DNA from: Promethearchaeota archaeon
Lineage (GTDB): Archaea; Asgardarchaeota; Hermodarchaeia; Hermodarchaeales; Hermodarchaeaceae
Assembly (NCBI GenBank): GCA_048939245.1
Contig: JBHLPR010000050.1
Coordinates: 1-15,947 of the forward strand
Reading direction: 5' to 3'
DNA length: 15,947 nt
The notes beneath the pieces are model-generated. The model was not told where the DNA came from and made no database searches. It saw only the letters and a list, made by a program, of their open reading frames with translations. This document shows positions 14,624 through 15,947 of the stretch, one piece after another. The position numbers and the translations under genes were made by a program. Numbering within the stretch: position 1 is the first letter of the stretch; each line of letters begins with the position of its first letter.

Positions 14624-15947
14624 ATGATTACACCAAAATCGAAAGCCCCGAAAAACACTGGTCTCGGACCTCTTCAACGAACCCACTATTCTAGCGAACT
14701 TGCTCCGAAGATGGCAGGCCAAGAAATCACGATTGCCGGATGGGTACAGCGAATTCGCCGCTTGGGCAAGATTAGCTTTCTTCTAGTCCGTGATCGAGAG
14801 GGAATCACGCAGTGTACATTTCCACATGCGAAATCGTCTCCCGAACTTCTTGAGATGCTGGATAAATTAGATAACGAGTATGCAGTGGTTATCAAAGGTC
14901 AAGTGAAGGCGGAAAAACAAGCGCAACGAGGGGTTGAATTAATTCCCACGCAGATTCTGTTAGTCAATTCTGCTCCTGCAACCTTACCATTGGATACATC
15001 GGGAAAGGTTGAAGCGGATATCGGAACCCGATTCGACAATCGTGTCATGGATTTACGCCGTATCGAGGCACAACGTCTTTTTAAGGTTCAGCACTTCACC
15101 GTTTCTCACATGCGTAAGTTCCTCGAGGAGCAGGGATTTCGGGAAATTCATACTCCGAAAATCGTAGCTACAGCAACTGAGGGAGGAGCTGACTTGTTTG
15201 AGGTGAAGTATTTTGAGCGGAAGGCATTCCTAGCGCAAAGCCCGCAGTTTTATAAGCAGCTCAGCCTCGTTGCAGGTTTTGACCGGGTCTACGAGGTGGC
15301 TCCTGTCTATCGCGCGGAAAAGCATAACACCCCGCGACACTTGAATGAATATACAAGTTTTGATTATGAGATGGCTTGGATTCAAGATGAGGAAGATGTC
15401 ATGCGTCTTGAAGAGCAAATGCTCGTTAATACGTTCAAGGCAGTGAAGAAGGAATGTTCGGAGGAACTCAATGAACTCGGGGCAGACATAAAGGTTCCAA
15501 GAATTCCGATTAAGCGGATTGAAGTTCGAGAGGCCCTTGAGATTCTACGCGAAGAAGGATTTGACCTGCCTCCCGATTCTGATATTCCCAGCGAAGGTGA
15601 AGAAACACTCTACCAACATGTGAAAAAGAACACTGGAGAAGAATTCTTCTTTCTCACGCGGTATCCGACTGCAATTCGACCGTTCTATACAATGCCCTTA
15701 GAATCTGACCCCACACTCACTCATGGATTTGATCTGATTTATCGGGGAATGGAGGTTACAACCGGCAGCCAACGGGTTCACCAATATGACTTGTTAATTC
15801 ACAAGCTTAAGGAAGCAGGATTGAACCTAGCTACATTTGCATTTTATGTTGAGCCTTTCAAATATGGGGCACCACCCCATGGAGGGTTAGCAATTGGCAT
15901 CGAACGATTAACAATGCAAATGCTTGGTTACTCTAATATTCGTGAAG
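14624..15947 (+). CDS. aspS: Aspartyl-tRNA synthetase, archaeal type, partial (last few codons lie beyond the window)
   Basis: Not in the ORF track; translated by hand: RTHYS...IAGWVQRIRRLGKISFLLVRDREG...TPKIVATATEGGADLF...LAQSPQFYKQ...YRAEKHNTPRHLNEY...YGAPPHGGLAIGIERL. Start is 14621 or 14624. Confidence 0.96.
   Translation, partial: MITPKSKAPKNTGLGPLQRTHYSSELAPKMAGQEITIAGWVQRIRRLGKISFLLVRDREGITQCTFPHAKSSPELLEMLDKLDNEYAVVIKGQVKAEKQAQRGVELIPTQILLVNSAPATLPLDTSGKVEADIGTRFDNRVMDLRRIEAQRLFKVQHFTVSHMRKFLEEQGFREIHTPKIVATATEGGADLFEVKYFERKAFLAQSPQFYKQLSLVAGFDRVYEVAPVYRAEKHNTPRHLNEYTSFDYEMAWIQDEEDVMRLEEQMLVNTFKAVKKECSEELNELGADIKVPRIPIKRIEVREALEILREEGFDLPPDSDIPSEGEETLYQHVKKNTGEEFFFLTRYPTAIRPFYTMPLESDPTLTHGFDLIYRGMEVTTGSQRVHQYDLLIHKLKEAGLNLATFAFYVEPFKYGAPPHGGLAIGIERLTMQMLGYSNIRE

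Overview
Gene-dense archaeal chromosome segment, most likely from an Asgard archaeon. The lineage is inferred from eS26, archaeal-type TrmY, ThrRS editing domain and AspRS occurring together with gelsolin-domain and roadblock genes. Most genes are housekeeping: two phosphohexomutase paralogues, a free-standing ThrRS editing domain, rps26e, trmY, a PadR regulator, a CDP-alcohol phosphatidyltransferase, two PhoU/TrkA-C proteins, trxB, serS, an HD hydrolase and a partial aspS. Four features stand out. (1) A 236-aa helical orphan (947-1657) resembles both eukaryotic CINP and C1orf109/AIRIM, the cofactors of the SPATA5/AFG2 '55LCC' AAA+ complex. (2) A gelsolin-domain gene and a roadblock gene form an apparent two-gene unit. 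(3) An AT-rich, inverted, free-standing multi-HTH LAGLIDADG gene interrupts the housekeeping run. (4) An exported, membrane-anchored prenyltransferase-fold protein carries many N-glycosylation sequons. No rRNA, tRNA or CRISPR array was seen. All family calls come from motif recognition by eye, with no database searches.
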